Below the pieces are notes generated by a model. It was not told the origin of the DNA. It ran no database searches and was given only the letters and a program-made list of their open reading frames with translations. A program made the position numbers and the translations under genes. This document shows positions 1 through 11,084 of a DNA stretch of 64,000 bases, in pieces. Location of the stretch: NCBI GenBank assembly GCA_024642525.1, contig JAHEAX010000009.1, forward strand, positions 6,889 through 70,888. The letters are read 5' to 3'. The DNA comes from Erythrobacteraceae bacterium. Its GTDB lineage: Bacteria > Pseudomonadota > Alphaproteobacteria > Sphingomonadales > Sphingomonadaceae. Position 1 is the stretch's first letter; every line of letters starts with the position of its first letter.

Positions 1-1171
1 CGGGCAGGTCGGCCCAGCTACGCGCACCGGCAGTCGTCTCCTGCCAGCCGTCCATTTCTTCATAGATGGGTTCGACTTCGGCCTGGTCAGCCGAATGGGC
101 CGGGTAATAATCCATGATCTTGCCGCGCAGCCGGTAACCGGTGCAAATCTTGACCTTGTCGAAACCGTCGAGGACATCGACCTTGGTAAGGGCAATTCCG
201 GTCACGCCGCTGATCGCGCAGCTCTGGCGCACCAGCACGGCATCAAACCAGCCGCAACGGCGCTGGCGGCCCGTAACAGTGCCGAATTCATGCCCGCGTT
301 CGCCCAGCCGCTGGCCCGCCGCATCGTCCAGTTCGGTCGGGAAAGGCCCGCTGCCCACGCGCGTGGTGTAAGCCTTGACGATGCCGAGGACGAAGCCTGT
401 CGAATTGGGGCCAAGCCCGCTGCCCGATGCAGCGGTGCCGCTGACGGTGTTGCTGCTGGTGACAAAAGGATAGGTGCCGTGGTCCACATCCAGCAGCACG
501 CCTTGCGCGCCTTCGAACAAGATGCGCGCGCCAGCCTTGCGGACCTTCTTCAGGCGTTTCCACACCGGCTGCGCGAATTGCAGGACGAAATCGGCAATTT
601 CCTTCAGCTCTGCAACCAGCGCCTCACGGTCAACCGGAGGTTCGCCGAAGCCGGCCCGCAGCGCATCGTGATGCGCGCACAGACGGTCAAGCTGCGGGTC
701 CATCTTGTCGAGATGCGCCAGATCGCACACGCGGATTGCGCGCCGTCCGACCTTGTCTTCATAGGCAGGGCCAATACCGCGCCCGGTGGTGCCGATCTTG
801 CCTGAACCTGCTGCGGTTTCGCGCAAGCCATCCAGATCACGGTGAAGTGGCAGGATGAGCGCGCAATTATCTGCCAGCGCGAAATTTTCAGGCGTGATCG
901 AAACGCCTTGGCTTTCCAGCTTGGCCACTTCGGATTTCAATGCCCACGGGTCCAGCACCACGCCATTGCCGATGATGGACAATGTGCCGGTGACGATCCC
1001 CGAAGGAAGCAGGCTCAGCTTGTAAACCTGTTCGCCCACGACCAGCGTATGGCCGGCATTGTGGCCGCCCTGGAAACGAACCACGGCATCTGCCCGGCTG
1101 GCGAGCCAGTCGACAATCTTGCCCTTGCCTTCATCGCCCCACTGGGCACCGATCACGGTTACGTTTGCCAA
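1..1171 (-). CDS. purA: adenylosuccinate synthetase; C-terminal end runs off the window (about 390 aa present)
   Basis: Absent from the ORF track because it leaves the window. Reverse complement from 1171 reads [60 protein letters not shown]..., with the GDEGKGK P-loop and GGHNAGHT motif of PurA. The listed + ORF 95..805 is its antisense shadow. Confidence 0.93.
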   Translation of the reverse strand, partial: MANVTVIGAQWGDEGKGKIVDWLASRADAVVRFQGGHNAGHTLVVGEQVYKLSLLPSGIVTGTLSIIGNGVVLDPWALKSEVAKLESQGVSITPENFALADNCALILPLHRDLDGLRETAAGSGKIGTTGRGIGPAYEDKVGRRAIRVCDLAHLDKMDPQLDRLCAHHDALRAGFGEPPVDREALVAELKEIADFVLQFAQPVWKRLKKVRKAGARILFEGAQGVLLDVDHGTYPFVTSSNTVSGTAASGSGLGPNSTGFVLGIVKAYTTRVGSGPFPTELDDAAGQRLGERGHEFGTVTGRQRRCGWFDAVLVRQSCAISGVTGIALTKVDVLDGFDKVKICTGYRLRGKIMDYYPAHSADQAEVEPIYEEMDGWQETTAGARSWADLP

Positions 1172-1290
1172 AGCTCGGACCTTATTTCTGGAGAACCCGG
1201 CGCGCACTAGAGGATGGTGGACACAAGGGCAACATATGACAGCCCCTGAATACCCATATCCCGCCGATATCACGACTCTGAAAAGGGCTG

Positions 1291-2811
1291 TTGCACCGTA
1301 ATTTGCGCTGCATGCTGGACGCAAGGCCATATTCCGTGCGAATTTGCCAATGCCCGTGCGGGTTACAGGAGAGATCGGATGGATGGCGAGATACGCCGCG
1401 CAATCGTGGATTCGATCGTTTGACCGGCGTGCCAGCTACGCGCATTTCACGGGGTGCGTGGGCCTGGGCCATCTTTGAAGGGGCACGCAACCCCTATGTC
1501 ATCCTGATCACGATCTACGTCTTCATGCCCTATTTCGCCACGGTGATGGTTCCTGATCCGGTGCAAGGGCAATTGCTGGTCGCATCCTATGGCAAGATCG
1601 GGGGCTGGATTGTCGCCTTTACCGCGCCGTTCCTGGGTGCGGCTATCGACCATAGCGGCAGGCGCAAGCCGCTGCTGGCGATGGTGACGATGCTGATGGT
1701 GCCGCTCATCTATTCGCTGTGGTGGGCAAGGCCGGATGGCAGCGGCATGACGCAAGGCATGGTGGTGGGCGTCGCCATCTCCATCACCGTGCTGTTTGCC
1801 TATAGCGAAGTGCTGCATAATTCGCTGCTGGAACGCGCCGCTGGCAGTGCCGGTGCGGCGCGCGTTTCGGCGCTGGGCCTAGGGCTGGGTTCGGCAAGTT
1901 CTGTGCTGATGCTGATTTTCGTGATGTGGGCATTTGCCCTGCCCGGCAAAACAGACTGGTCCTTCATTCCCGCCCTGCCGCTGTTCGGACTCGACAGCGC
2001 AACGCACGAACCTGACCGTATCGTTGGCCCGATCGTGGCCGTCGGCCTTGCGCTGGGCGTGCTGCCCCTGCTGTGGTGGACGCCCGATTATCCCACTCGC
2101 GGCGTCTCACCGCTCACCGCGCTGAAGGCTGGTCTGGCAGAACTGCGCGGAATGTTCCGCGAACTGGGTAAATACCGCGATCCGGCCATCTTCATCGGCG
2201 CACGGATGCTCTACACAGATGGCAAGACATCCATCCTGTTCTTTGCAGGCGTTTATGCGGCAGGCGCGATGCAATGGGGTGGGCTGGAGATGCTGGGATA
2301 TGGCATCATCGTCAGTATTTTCGGGGTAATCGGTGGCTTTTCAGCAGGCTGGATTGATCATCGGCTGGGGCCAAAGCGCGCAGTCCAGTTTGAACTGGCA
2401 GTTACGCTGGTTGCGCTGGCAGGCTGGCTGGGTGTCAGTCGCGACACCATTTTCTATACCCTGCCCTATGATGCTGCCACCGCGTCCCCGCTGTGGGATG
2501 GCCCGATGTTCCGCACCCTGCCCGAACTCGTCTTCATCGGCTTTGCCTGCATGCTGGGCGTGTTTATCACCGCTGCCTATGCATCCAGCCGGACATTAAT
2601 GACGCGGCTTGCCCCGCCAGAGAAAAGCGGCGCGTTCTTCGGCCTTTATGCCTTGTCAGGCACGGCAACGATGTGGCTTGGCCCGCTGCTGGTGGAAATT
2701 TTCACCAGCAGGTTCGAAAGCCAGCGCGCAGGCTTTATCCCAGTCGCGGGCCTGCTGGTTCTCGGTGTACTGCTGCTTGGCAAGGTGCGCGGCGGTGGCC
2801 GCACAAGTTAG
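1291..2811 (+). CDS. MFS transporter, UMF1/Atg22-like family; start uncertain (TTG 1291, ATG 1312 or GTG 1429)
   Basis: About 12 predicted TM helices. The N-terminal [29 protein letters not shown] motif resembles UMF1-family MFS proteins. Hydrophobic throughout and convergent with hisZ (11 nt gap). Confidence 0.7.
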   Translation: MHRNLRCMLDARPYSVRICQCPCGLQERSDGWRDTPRNRGFDRLTGVPATRISRGAWAWAIFEGARNPYVILITIYVFMPYFATVMVPDPVQGQLLVASYGKIGGWIVAFTAPFLGAAIDHSGRRKPLLAMVTMLMVPLIYSLWWARPDGSGMTQGMVVGVAISITVLFAYSEVLHNSLLERAAGSAGAARVSALGLGLGSASSVLMLIFVMWAFALPGKTDWSFIPALPLFGLDSATHEPDRIVGPIVAVGLALGVLPLLWWTPDYPTRGVSPLTALKAGLAELRGMFRELGKYRDPAIFIGARMLYTDGKTSILFFAGVYAAGAMQWGGLEMLGYGIIVSIFGVIGGFSAGWIDHRLGPKRAVQFELAVTLVALAGWLGVSRDTIFYTLPYDAATASPLWDGPMFRTLPELVFIGFACMLGVFITAAYASSRTLMTRLAPPEKSGAFFGLYALSGTATMWLGPLLVEIFTSRFESQRAGFIPVAGLLVLGVLLLGKVRGGGRTS

Positions 2812-2822
2812 CTCACTGCAGG

Positions 2823-3932
2823 CTAGATCTTGACCGGTTCATTGCCGTCAAGCCGGTGCGTGCACCCCAGCGCCCTGGCATCATCGCTGTCCGACAATGC
2901 CGCAACCGTCCGCCAACCAATCGCCCGCAGGCGCGCGGCAACATCCCGGTCATGGTCCAGCGGCAGGAACAGTATGTCACGCTGGCCATCAGATTCCAGC
3001 GCATCAATCAGCGCGTCGATATAGAGCGAAAAGCCGGTCGCTGCTTCATTGCTGCCGCGGATAGAATAGGTGCCGCCGCGGCCCAATGCGCCGCGTACGC
3101 CTTCGGCATATATGGTGAAGCCAAACCAGCTCTGATATTCAAAGCCGTGCCGTTCGGTCGGGTCGAGCGTGATGCGCGCCGTGCCTGAAACCCGTTCGGC
3201 AATCTGTTTCAGCCCGGCGATCCTGCTCGACAATGCGCCGCCAGCATCCACTGCACACAGACGTTCAATCGCCTCGTCAAACGGCCCGGTTGCATAGATG
3301 AGCGGCAGATAGGCTTCCCCGCCCGGAATATCGGCAAGGCCGCCTGCATCCTTGGTGTCCAGTTCGCGGCGCACTTGTGCCACGTGGTCAGCCTGCAAAG
3401 GCATCGCCTGCGGCGCGAGAATATCGACAAGATCCGGCAAAGTGAAATCGACCGAGATGCCAGTGGCACCTGCCTGTTCGAGCGCTTCTATCGCCAGCGA
3501 CACCATTTCGGCAGCCGCCGCCACCGTATCACTGCCAACCAGTTCTGCGCCCAGCTGCAACCGCTGGCGCGCAGGGTCGAGCTGGTCAGCGCGGATAAGC
3601 GCAACTTCGCCGCCATAACAAAGGCGCAAGGGGCGTGCCGCATGGGACAGGCCGGTGGCAGCGATGCGCCCGATCTGCGGCGTTATATCCGACCGCAGGG
3701 CCAGTGTACGCAACGAAACCGGGTCGACAAAGCGGAACATCCGGCGCGGGCTTACCCCATCCATCCGGCCAGCAAGAGCCTTTTCAAACTCCACCAACGG
3801 CGGGCTGACACGGTCGTAACCGTGCGCATCCATCACATCGAGGACATCACGCATGGCGCGGCTGACCGCCTTCGCTTTGGAAGGAAGGCGGTCTTCCAGG
3901 CCTTCGGGCAACAAGTCGTCCTGATTGATCAT
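2823..3932 (-). CDS. hisZ: ATP phosphoribosyltransferase regulatory subunit (HisRS paralogue)
   Basis: 369 aa. LLPEGLEDRLP...FRFVDPVSLRTLALRSDITPQIGRIAAT... is a class-II aaRS-like core typical of HisZ. The hisZ/purA neighbourhood is typical of alpha-proteobacteria. Confidence 0.85.
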   Translation of the reverse strand: MINQDDLLPEGLEDRLPSKAKAVSRAMRDVLDVMDAHGYDRVSPPLVEFEKALAGRMDGVSPRRMFRFVDPVSLRTLALRSDITPQIGRIAATGLSHAARPLRLCYGGEVALIRADQLDPARQRLQLGAELVGSDTVAAAAEMVSLAIEALEQAGATGISVDFTLPDLVDILAPQAMPLQADHVAQVRRELDTKDAGGLADIPGGEAYLPLIYATGPFDEAIERLCAVDAGGALSSRIAGLKQIAERVSGTARITLDPTERHGFEYQSWFGFTIYAEGVRGALGRGGTYSIRGSNEAATGFSLYIDALIDALESDGQRDILFLPLDHDRDVAARLRAIGWRTVAALSDSDDARALGCTHRLDGNEPVKI

Positions 3933-3960
3933 AACGGGCGCGCGCTTGCCTTAAATTCGA

Positions 3961-5544
3961 TCAGAATACCAGCGCATTGACGGTTTTAACGCCCTGCAAC
4001 TTGCAAGCTGCATCGATGACATCCTGCGGAATCGGCTGGTCGACCGACAGCAGCAAGACCGCTTCACCGCCGGTTTCACGGCGACCAAGGTGGAAGGTGC
4101 CAATGTTGATGCCGTTTTCACCCAGCAAGGAACCGATCCGGCCAATGAAGCCCGGCGCATCTTCATTGACGATGTAGAGCATATCGCCCTGCAGGTCCGC
4201 TTCGATGCCCACGCCGAAGATTTCCACCAGTCGCGGTGCAGTGCTGCCGAACAGAGTGCCGGCAACTGACCTGTCGCCCTGACTGGTAGCGACGGTAACG
4301 CGCACCAGCGTGTGATACACGCCTTCACGCTCGTTACGGATTTCGCGCACCTCAGTGCCCCGTTCACGGGCCAGATATGGCGCGTTGACCATGTTCACCG
4401 TGTCGGAATAGCGTTTCATCAGGCCCGAAAGCACAGCTGCGGTAATCGGCTTCTGGTTCAACTGCGCTGCTGCGCCTTCCACTTCGACGCTGATTTTGGG
4501 CAGATTGCCGTGGGCCAGCTGGCCGACGAGTGAACCCAGCTTTTCGGCCAATTCCATATAGGGGCGCAGCTTGGGCGCTTCCTCGGCACTGAGCGATGGC
4601 ATGTTGAGCGCATTGGTAACGCCGCCATTGACCAGATAATCGGACAATTGTTCAGCAACCTGAAGCGCAACGTTGACCTGTGCTTCATCGGTGGATGCAC
4701 CAAGATGCGGCGTGCAGATGAAGTTCTTCGTGCCGAACAGTGGATTTTCCTTGGCCGGTTCCTTGGCAAACACGTCCAGCGCAGCGCCTGCAATATGGCC
4801 GCTTTCAAGGCCTTCCTTCAGGGCTGCTTCGTCGATCAGGCCGCCGCGCGCACAATTGACGATGCGCACGCCCTTCTTGGTCTTGGCCAGGTTTTCTGCC
4901 GAAAGGATATTGCGGGTCTGGTCGGTCAGCGGGGTGTGCAGGCTGATGAAGTCTGCACGGGCCAGCAGACCGTCAAGATCAACCTTCTCGATGCCCTGTT
5001 CGACCGCCCGTTCTTCCGTCAGGAAAGGATCGTAGGCAATCACTTTCATCTTCAGGCCCAGCGCGCGGCTGGCGACGATGGAACCGATATTGCCGGCCCC
5101 GATGAGGCCCAGCGTCTTGCCGGTCACTTCGATGCCCATGAACCGGCTTTTCGCCCATTCACCGGCCTGCGTCGACGCATCGGCCTCCGGAATCTGGCGT
5201 GCCAGCGCGAAAATCATCGCAATGGCATGTTCGGCCGTGGTGATCGAATTGCCAAACGGCGTATTCATCACGACCACGCCCTTGGACGATGCGTAGGGAA
5301 TATCGACATTATCGACCCCGATGCCTGCCCGGCCGATGACCTTGAGGTTGGTCGCAGCGTCGAGAATTTCGGGCGTCACAGTGGTGGAGGAACGGATGGC
5401 GAGGCCATCATACTGGCCGATGATGGCCTTGAGTTCTTCAGGCGTCTGGCCGGTGATGACATCCACATCGCAGCCGCGCTCTTCAAAGATACGCGCTGCG
5501 TTGGGGTCCATCTTGTCGGAAATGAGAACTTTGGGTTTGGTCAT
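3961..5544 (-). CDS. serA: D-3-phosphoglycerate dehydrogenase (long form with ACT domain)
   Basis: MTKPKVLISDKMD..., NAD-binding GLIGAGNIGSIVA, and a C-terminal ACT-like region. ATG at 5544 is preceded by AGGAAA. The track ORF is extended to a TTG at 5559. Confidence 0.93.
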   Translation of the reverse strand: MTKPKVLISDKMDPNAARIFEERGCDVDVITGQTPEELKAIIGQYDGLAIRSSTTVTPEILDAATNLKVIGRAGIGVDNVDIPYASSKGVVVMNTPFGNSITTAEHAIAMIFALARQIPEADASTQAGEWAKSRFMGIEVTGKTLGLIGAGNIGSIVASRALGLKMKVIAYDPFLTEERAVEQGIEKVDLDGLLARADFISLHTPLTDQTRNILSAENLAKTKKGVRIVNCARGGLIDEAALKEGLESGHIAGAALDVFAKEPAKENPLFGTKNFICTPHLGASTDEAQVNVALQVAEQLSDYLVNGGVTNALNMPSLSAEEAPKLRPYMELAEKLGSLVGQLAHGNLPKISVEVEGAAAQLNQKPITAAVLSGLMKRYSDTVNMVNAPYLARERGTEVREIRNEREGVYHTLVRVTVATSQGDRSVAGTLFGSTAPRLVEIFGVGIEADLQGDMLYIVNEDAPGFIGRIGSLLGENGINIGTFHLGRRETGGEAVLLLSVDQPIPQDVIDAACKLQGVKTVNALVF

Positions 5545-5631
5545 GAAAATTTCCTGCAAAAACTTGCCGCGCGCGCCGCATTTCGGCCGCGTCGACGGAA
5601 AATGTCACCCCGGCCGAGGCCGGGGCTCATG

Positions 5632-6783
5632 TCATTTCTGGATTTCGGCGTATGCCCATTCGATCCAGGGCAGCAGGCGAACAATGTCTTCCTGCTCCAC
5701 CGTTCCGCCGCACCATACGCGCAGTGAAGGCGGCGCATCGCGGTAGCCGTTGAAGTCGTAACCGACGCCGCGTTCCTCCAGCATCTTGGCGATGGTCTTG
5801 GGCACGGCGGCCTGTTCTTCCGGCGACAGACTGTCGTAATATTCGCCCTGGAAGACAAAGCAGACACCGGTGTTGGTGCGCTTTGCCGGATCGGCAACCA
5901 TGTTGCGCAGCCACGGCGTGGCTTCGATCCAGTCCGTCAGAATCCTGGCATTGGCATTGGCCCGGTCAAACAGGGCTTGGCGGCCGCCAATCGACTTCGC
6001 CCATTCCAGCGCAAGGATATAATCTTCCGTCGCCAGCATACTGGGCGTGTTGATCGTTTCACCGACGAAAATGCCGCGGTTGAGCTTGTCGCCCTTCTTG
6101 ACGCGGAAAAGCTTGGGCAGCGGCCATTCAGGATCATAGCTTTCAATCCGCGCAACCGCTTTGGGGCTGAGGATCAGCATCCCGTGCTGCGCTTCTGAAC
6201 CCATCACCTTCTGCCAGCTGAAGGTAGTGGCATCCAGCTTGGCCCAATCCATTTCCTGCGCGAATACCGCGCTGGTGGCATCATTGATGGTGATGCCTTC
6301 GCGGCCCGCTTCCAGCCAGTCAGTATCGGGAATGCGTGCGCCTGATGTGGTGCCATTCCACGTGAAGACAACGTCATTGCCTTGCGGAATGCTCGCCAGA
6401 TCGGGAATGTCGCCATAATCGGCATCCAGAACCGTCAGGTCCTTCAATTTCAACTGCTTGACCGCATCCTGAATCCAGACATTGCCGAAGCTTTCCCAGG
6501 CGGCCACGGTGGCAGGGCGTGCGCCCAGCATGGTCCACATCGCACATTCCAGCGCGCCAGTGTCGGAGCCAGGCATGATGCCGACGAGATAATCATCAGG
6601 CACGCCCAGCAATTCGCGCGTCAGGTCGATGGCATATTTCAGCCGCGCCTTGCCAATGGCAGAGCGGTGCGAACGGCCCAGAGCTTCGGTTTTGAGATTT
6701 GCGGCGGACCAGCCGGGAAATTTGGCAGTGGGTCCGGACGAAAAGAAAGGACGCTCTGGCTTCAGAGCGGGTACGTCAGTCAT
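5632..6783 (-). CDS. serC: phosphoserine aminotransferase
   Basis: MTDVPALKPERPFFSSGPTAKFPGW... is a class-V aminotransferase. ATG at 6783 is preceded by AAGGAGAG. It lies upstream of serA on the same strand (serC-serA operon). Confidence 0.93.
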   Translation of the reverse strand: MTDVPALKPERPFFSSGPTAKFPGWSAANLKTEALGRSHRSAIGKARLKYAIDLTRELLGVPDDYLVGIMPGSDTGALECAMWTMLGARPATVAAWESFGNVWIQDAVKQLKLKDLTVLDADYGDIPDLASIPQGNDVVFTWNGTTSGARIPDTDWLEAGREGITINDATSAVFAQEMDWAKLDATTFSWQKVMGSEAQHGMLILSPKAVARIESYDPEWPLPKLFRVKKGDKLNRGIFVGETINTPSMLATEDYILALEWAKSIGGRQALFDRANANARILTDWIEATPWLRNMVADPAKRTNTGVCFVFQGEYYDSLSPEEQAAVPKTIAKMLEERGVGYDFNGYRDAPPSLRVWCGGTVEQEDIVRLLPWIEWAYAEIQK

Positions 6784-6845
6784 GTATTCTCTCCTTACAG
6801 AGAGCTCGCGCGGCGTTGGGACCGCGTGGCCCACGTGCGGCACTA
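6784..6845 (-). promoter_or_regulatory. candidate serC leader RNA (5' UTR hairpins; the last one sequesters the SD)
   Basis: The minus-strand RNA reads ...CGCGGucccaacgCCGCGcgagCUCUCuguaagGAGAGaauacAUG. The CTCTC/GAGAG stem (6789..6804) overlaps the SD, and a second stem CGCGG/CCGCG lies at 6809..6826. A conserved serC leader whose final stem overlaps the RBS is described for alpha-proteobacteria. Confidence 0.4.
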
Positions 6846-6958
6846 GTGTTGCGCTGCAACAAGTCAAGCACAGACAACACTATCGCGGTGGATGATGTTT
6901 GGCTTGCGGCAGGCACCCCCTCGCCAAACCCGACTTGTCTCATTAAAGCGCTGGTCCA

Positions 6959-8113
6959 ATGGAAATGTCTGACCTTCGCATCGCCCTGTTCAGCGGCAAT
7001 TACAACATGACGCTGGACGGCGCGAACAAGGCGCTGAACAGGCTGGTGGAATACCTGCTGCGCAAGGGCGCACAGGTGCGGGTTTATTCCCCCACGATCG
7101 ACACGCCGGATTTTGAGCCGCAGGGCGATCTCGTCAGCTTGCCGTCTTTTGCCATTCCCGGCCGCAGCGAATACCGGATGCCGATGGGGCTGAATGATGC
7201 AGTGCGCGCAGATCTGGACAGCTTCGCGCCCAACCTGCTGCATATCTCCTCGCCGGATTTCAGCGCCCGCGCCGCTGTGCGCTGGGCCAGATCGCGCAAT
7301 CTGCCAGTGCTGGCATCTGTCCACACACGGTTTGAAACCTATCCGCGCTATTACAATCTCGGCTTTCTCGAGGCTCCGCTGGTGGCATGGATTCGCGGGC
7401 TGTATCAACGCTGCGATGCGCTCGTGACGCCTGCTGAAAGCATGATCGAAGTGCTGCACGAGCAGGGCATGAATGACGATATCTCGATCTGGTCGCGCGG
7501 CGTGGACCGGACAATCTTCAGCCCGGAAAAGCGCGATCTTGCATGGCGGCGCAGCCTCGGGATCGACGATGACGATGTCGCCATCGCCTTCCTCGGCCGG
7601 CTGGTGATGGAAAAGGGCCTCGACGTTTTTGCAGATACCATCATCGAACTGCGCAAACGCCAGCTGCCGCATAAAGTGCTGGTGATTGGTGATGGCCCTG
7701 CCCGCAAATGGTTTGAACAGGCCTTGCCGGGCGGTATTTTTGCCGGTTTTCAGGGCGGCGCTGACCTTGGCCGCGCACTGGCCAGCGCGGATATTTTCTT
7801 CAACCCCTCGGTCACCGAAACTTTCGGCAATGTCACGCTGGAAGCCATGGCCAGCGGCCTGCCGGTCGTGGCGTCAGCGGCCACTGGCAGCACCAGCCTG
7901 GTGAATGACGGCGTAACAGGCGCGCTGGTGCCGAAGGTGGAACCGGGCGCATTTGCCGATGCCATCACGCCCTATCTCACTGACAATGCCTTGCGCGCTG
8001 CGCATGGCGCAGCAGGTGAAAGGCGCAGCCTCGATTTCAGCTGGGATGCGATCAACCAGGCAGTTGCCGATACTTACCTCCGTCTGGTGGAGGCAAGGCG
8101 CACCGCTGCCTAG
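6959..8113 (+). CDS. glycosyltransferase, GT4/group-1 family
   Basis: 384 aa. N-terminus RIALFSGNYNMTLDGANKALNRLV. The C-terminal half carries FFNPSVTETFGNVTLEAMASGLPVV, the E-x7-E region typical of GT-B group-1 transferases. Confidence 0.8.
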   Translation: MEMSDLRIALFSGNYNMTLDGANKALNRLVEYLLRKGAQVRVYSPTIDTPDFEPQGDLVSLPSFAIPGRSEYRMPMGLNDAVRADLDSFAPNLLHISSPDFSARAAVRWARSRNLPVLASVHTRFETYPRYYNLGFLEAPLVAWIRGLYQRCDALVTPAESMIEVLHEQGMNDDISIWSRGVDRTIFSPEKRDLAWRRSLGIDDDDVAIAFLGRLVMEKGLDVFADTIIELRKRQLPHKVLVIGDGPARKWFEQALPGGIFAGFQGGADLGRALASADIFFNPSVTETFGNVTLEAMASGLPVVASAATGSTSLVNDGVTGALVPKVEPGAFADAITPYLTDNALRAAHGAAGERRSLDFSWDAINQAVADTYLRLVEARRTAA

Positions 8114-8565
8114 CGCAGCACGCCCTTGTCCGTCATCCGTCGCGCGTAATATGCCATGGCAATGGTCGCCACCCAGATTACCGCAGTAAATGCGAGCGGG
8201 ATGGTCTTGTCATAGTCGCCCGGCAGCGGGTTTGAATATTGATAGATAGTGGTGACTATCAGCCCCACGATCGACAAGGCAAAGGCAGGGAAGGCAAACC
8301 GGCTGCGCAACAACAGCAGGACCGACCCTGCAACCGCGCCCCAGACGCCCAACGCCCAGAAGGCCTCGGCCCAGATCGGGAAGGAATCGACATAGGCGAG
8401 GCCTGTTTCCAGATCGACACCCATCGGCTCGAACGCGCTCTTCATGTAATCGATATTACGCAGCTGTGTCTGGGTGTAGTCATTGGCCCCCACGCCATTC
8501 CACAGCAGGCTGACAATGCCGATCAGCCACAGGTGCCATGGTGCTTTTTGAGTAATCTGGTTCAT
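8110..8565 (-). CDS. hypothetical integral membrane protein (4 TM)
   Basis: 151 aa from the ATG at 8565, preceded by GAGGGGAA. Four hydrophobic segments. No family recognised. Confidence 0.6.
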   Translation of the reverse strand: MNQITQKAPWHLWLIGIVSLLWNGVGANDYTQTQLRNIDYMKSAFEPMGVDLETGLAYVDSFPIWAEAFWALGVWGAVAGSVLLLLRSRFAFPAFALSIVGLIVTTIYQYSNPLPGDYDKTIPLAFTAVIWVATIAMAYYARRMTDKGVLR

Positions 8566-8658
8566 CGCAATTCCCCTCAGTATCGCTTTTTCCATGGCGG
8601 TGTGTGTAAACCATCGCGCACCAATGGCAAAATCCGGCGGAGACACTAGTTAGGGTTC

Positions 8659-9993
8659 ATGGCCGATCTGTTCGTCGATGATATCCCCGAGGGTACTCCG
8701 CCCGATGCAATTCGCGAAGATGCGCCGCTGGCCGATCGACTGCGCCCGCGCGTGCTGGAAGAAGTCGTCGGGCAGGACCATCTGACCGGGGCCGAAGGGG
8801 CAATCGGGCGGATGGTTGCCGCAGGCAAATTGTCCTCGATGATCCTGTGGGGGCCGCCCGGAACGGGCAAGACCACTATCGCGCGCCTGCTGGCAGCCGC
8901 CGTGGGCATGCGGTTTGAAGCGGTGAGTGCCGTATTTTCAGGCGTGGCGGACCTCAAGAAAGCCTTCGCCGCTGCCGACAAGGCAGCACAGGCGGGCCAG
9001 CGAACCTTGCTTTTCGTTGACGAAATCCACCGCTTCAATCGCGCGCAGCAAGACGGGTTTTTGCCGTTTGTAGAGCGCGGCACTGTCACCTTGGTGGGCG
9101 CAACCACCGAAAATCCCAGCTTCGCGCTTAATGCAGCCCTTCTCAGCCGCGCGCAGGTGCTTATCCTCCGGCGGCTTGATGCAGAAGCACTGGAAACCCT
9201 GCTCACCCGCGCCGAGGAACTGGAAGGCCCCTTGCCGCTGACGGCTGATGCCAGAAATGCGCTGGTGGCATCTGCTGATGGCGACGGACGTTTTCTGCTC
9301 AACCAGGCCGAAACGCTTTATTCCGCGCAGATCGAAAACCCGCTCGACCCGGCTGCACTCGGCAAGTTTCTCCAGCGACGCGTTGCTGTCTATGACAAGG
9401 ACCGCGACGGGCACTACAACCTCATTTCAGCCTTGCACAAAAGCCTGCGCGGGTCTGACCCGCAGGCAGCGCTTTATTACATGGCGCGGATGCTGACGGC
9501 AGGCGAAGAACCGCTTTATGTCCTGCGCCGTCTGGTGCGGTTTGCGTCTGAAGATATCGGCCTGGCCGATCCGCAGGCGCTTACCCAATGCCTTGCAGCC
9601 AAGGATGCTTATGAATTCCTCGGCAGCCCGGAAGGCGAACTCGCCATTGTGCAGGCCTGCCTCTATCTCGCCACGGCACCCAAATCGAACGCGCTTTATG
9701 GCGCGCAGAAAGCCGCGTGGAAAAGCGCCCGCGAAACCGGCTCCCTGATGCCGCCAGCCAATATTTTGAACGCTCCTACCAAGCTGATGAAGGACATCGG
9801 CTATGGCAAGGGCTATGCCTATGACCATAATTCGGATGACGGGTTTTCCGGCGCGAATTACTGGCCCGAAGAGATGGAACCGCAGGAATATTACCTGCCG
9901 GTGGAACGCGGTTTTGAACGCAAGGTCCGCGAACGGATTGAATGGTGGGTAAGGAAGCGCGAGCAGTTGCAAGGCAGTTCAAAGGCGGAATGA
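8659..9993 (+). CDS. rarA: replication-associated recombination protein A (AAA+ ATPase, MgsA/RarA)
   Basis: Walker A GPPGTGKTT, Walker B LLFVDEIHRFN, and the C-terminal MgsA-type region YDKDRDGHYNLISALHKSLRGSDPQAALYY. Confidence 0.92.
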   Translation: MADLFVDDIPEGTPPDAIREDAPLADRLRPRVLEEVVGQDHLTGAEGAIGRMVAAGKLSSMILWGPPGTGKTTIARLLAAAVGMRFEAVSAVFSGVADLKKAFAAADKAAQAGQRTLLFVDEIHRFNRAQQDGFLPFVERGTVTLVGATTENPSFALNAALLSRAQVLILRRLDAEALETLLTRAEELEGPLPLTADARNALVASADGDGRFLLNQAETLYSAQIENPLDPAALGKFLQRRVAVYDKDRDGHYNLISALHKSLRGSDPQAALYYMARMLTAGEEPLYVLRRLVRFASEDIGLADPQALTQCLAAKDAYEFLGSPEGELAIVQACLYLATAPKSNALYGAQKAAWKSARETGSLMPPANILNAPTKLMKDIGYGKGYAYDHNSDDGFSGANYWPEEMEPQEYYLPVERGFERKVRERIEWWVRKREQLQGSSKAE

Positions 9994-10874
9994 CCAAGGC
10001 TGGCCTGAAAGACCGTTTTGCAAGCTTTGTCGCAATCGACTGGTCGGGTGCCGCAGGTGAACGGCACAAGGGCATTGCCGTGGCAGTCTGCACCATGGGC
10101 GACAATGCGCCGCAACTGGTTCGCCCCGGACATCGCTGGTCGCGCAGCGAAGTGCTGCAATGGCTGGAAACAGACCTGCCCGAAAATGCGCTGGTTGGCA
10201 TGGACCTGAGCGGATCATTCCCCTTTGCCGACCACGGCAGCTTCTTCCCAGGCTGGGATAAAAGCCCGCCCGATGCCCGCGCTTTATGGGCGATGATCGA
10301 AGAATTGTGCGCGGCAGAGCAGCATCTGGGCGCAGGTCCATTTGTCGACCACCCCGTCGCCAGCCGCTATTTCAGGCGTCATGGCGGGCGACAAGGCGAC
10401 CTGTTCGGCAGTGGCCGCGGGCGGCTTCGGGTGACAGAACATTACCAGAGCCGCCACGGATGCAATCCCTACAGCAATTTCAACCTGGTTGGCGCGGCGC
10501 AGGTGGGCAAATCCAGCCTTACAGGTATGCGCCTGCTGCACCGGATCGACCCTGCCATTGCGCTGTGGCCGTTTGACCCACTTCCGCAAAGCGGCAGCGT
10601 GCTGGTCGAAATTTACACAACCATCGCCGCAATGGCCGCTGGCCGAACCGCAAACCGGGCCAAAATCCGCACCCATGAAGAGCTGGATGAAGCGCTGGTG
10701 ATTCTCGGCAGCGCACCAATGAAACTGCGCGGGGCGATAGATGACCATTCATCCGACGCGCTTATCGCATCGGCGTGGCTGCGAAAAACCGCAGAAAACA
10801 GGGGATTCTGGTATCCTGAAGCGATGAGTTCGAAAATTGCTGCAACCGAGGGCTGGACCTTCGGCGTGACCTGA
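9990..10874 (+). CDS. hypothetical protein, DUF429-like (predicted RNase H-fold)
   Basis: 294 aa. Its ATG overlaps the rarA stop (ATGA at 9990..9993). The motif spacing AIDWSG ... VEIYT ... DHSSDALIASAW ... EGWTFGV resembles the acidic catalytic pattern of DUF429 / RNase H-like proteins. Assigned from memory, not searched. Confidence 0.6.
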   Translation: MTKAGLKDRFASFVAIDWSGAAGERHKGIAVAVCTMGDNAPQLVRPGHRWSRSEVLQWLETDLPENALVGMDLSGSFPFADHGSFFPGWDKSPPDARALWAMIEELCAAEQHLGAGPFVDHPVASRYFRRHGGRQGDLFGSGRGRLRVTEHYQSRHGCNPYSNFNLVGAAQVGKSSLTGMRLLHRIDPAIALWPFDPLPQSGSVLVEIYTTIAAMAAGRTANRAKIRTHEELDEALVILGSAPMKLRGAIDDHSSDALIASAWLRKTAENRGFWYPEAMSSKIAATEGWTFGVT

Positions 10875-10892
10875 CGCATTAGCGCGCTTCGT

Positions 10893-10968
<76 letters not shown>

Positions 10969-11021
10969 CACCATCCATCATTTTCAGCTTTACAGAAGCC
11001 CTGGTGGGGGGACGGCTGGTG

Positions 11022-11047
11022 GGCTGGCACCAATCGGAGTGCCAGCC
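11022..11047. terminator. GC-rich hairpin between tRNA-Thr and the convergent M61 peptidase gene (possible bidirectional terminator, no U-tract)
   Basis: Perfect 9-bp stem GGCTGGCAC-caatcgga-GTGCCAGCC. No T-run on either side. Confidence 0.35.
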
Positions 11048-11084
11048 AAGCCGCCTTAGCCAAGTCCATGCAGCGTGTGCTGCC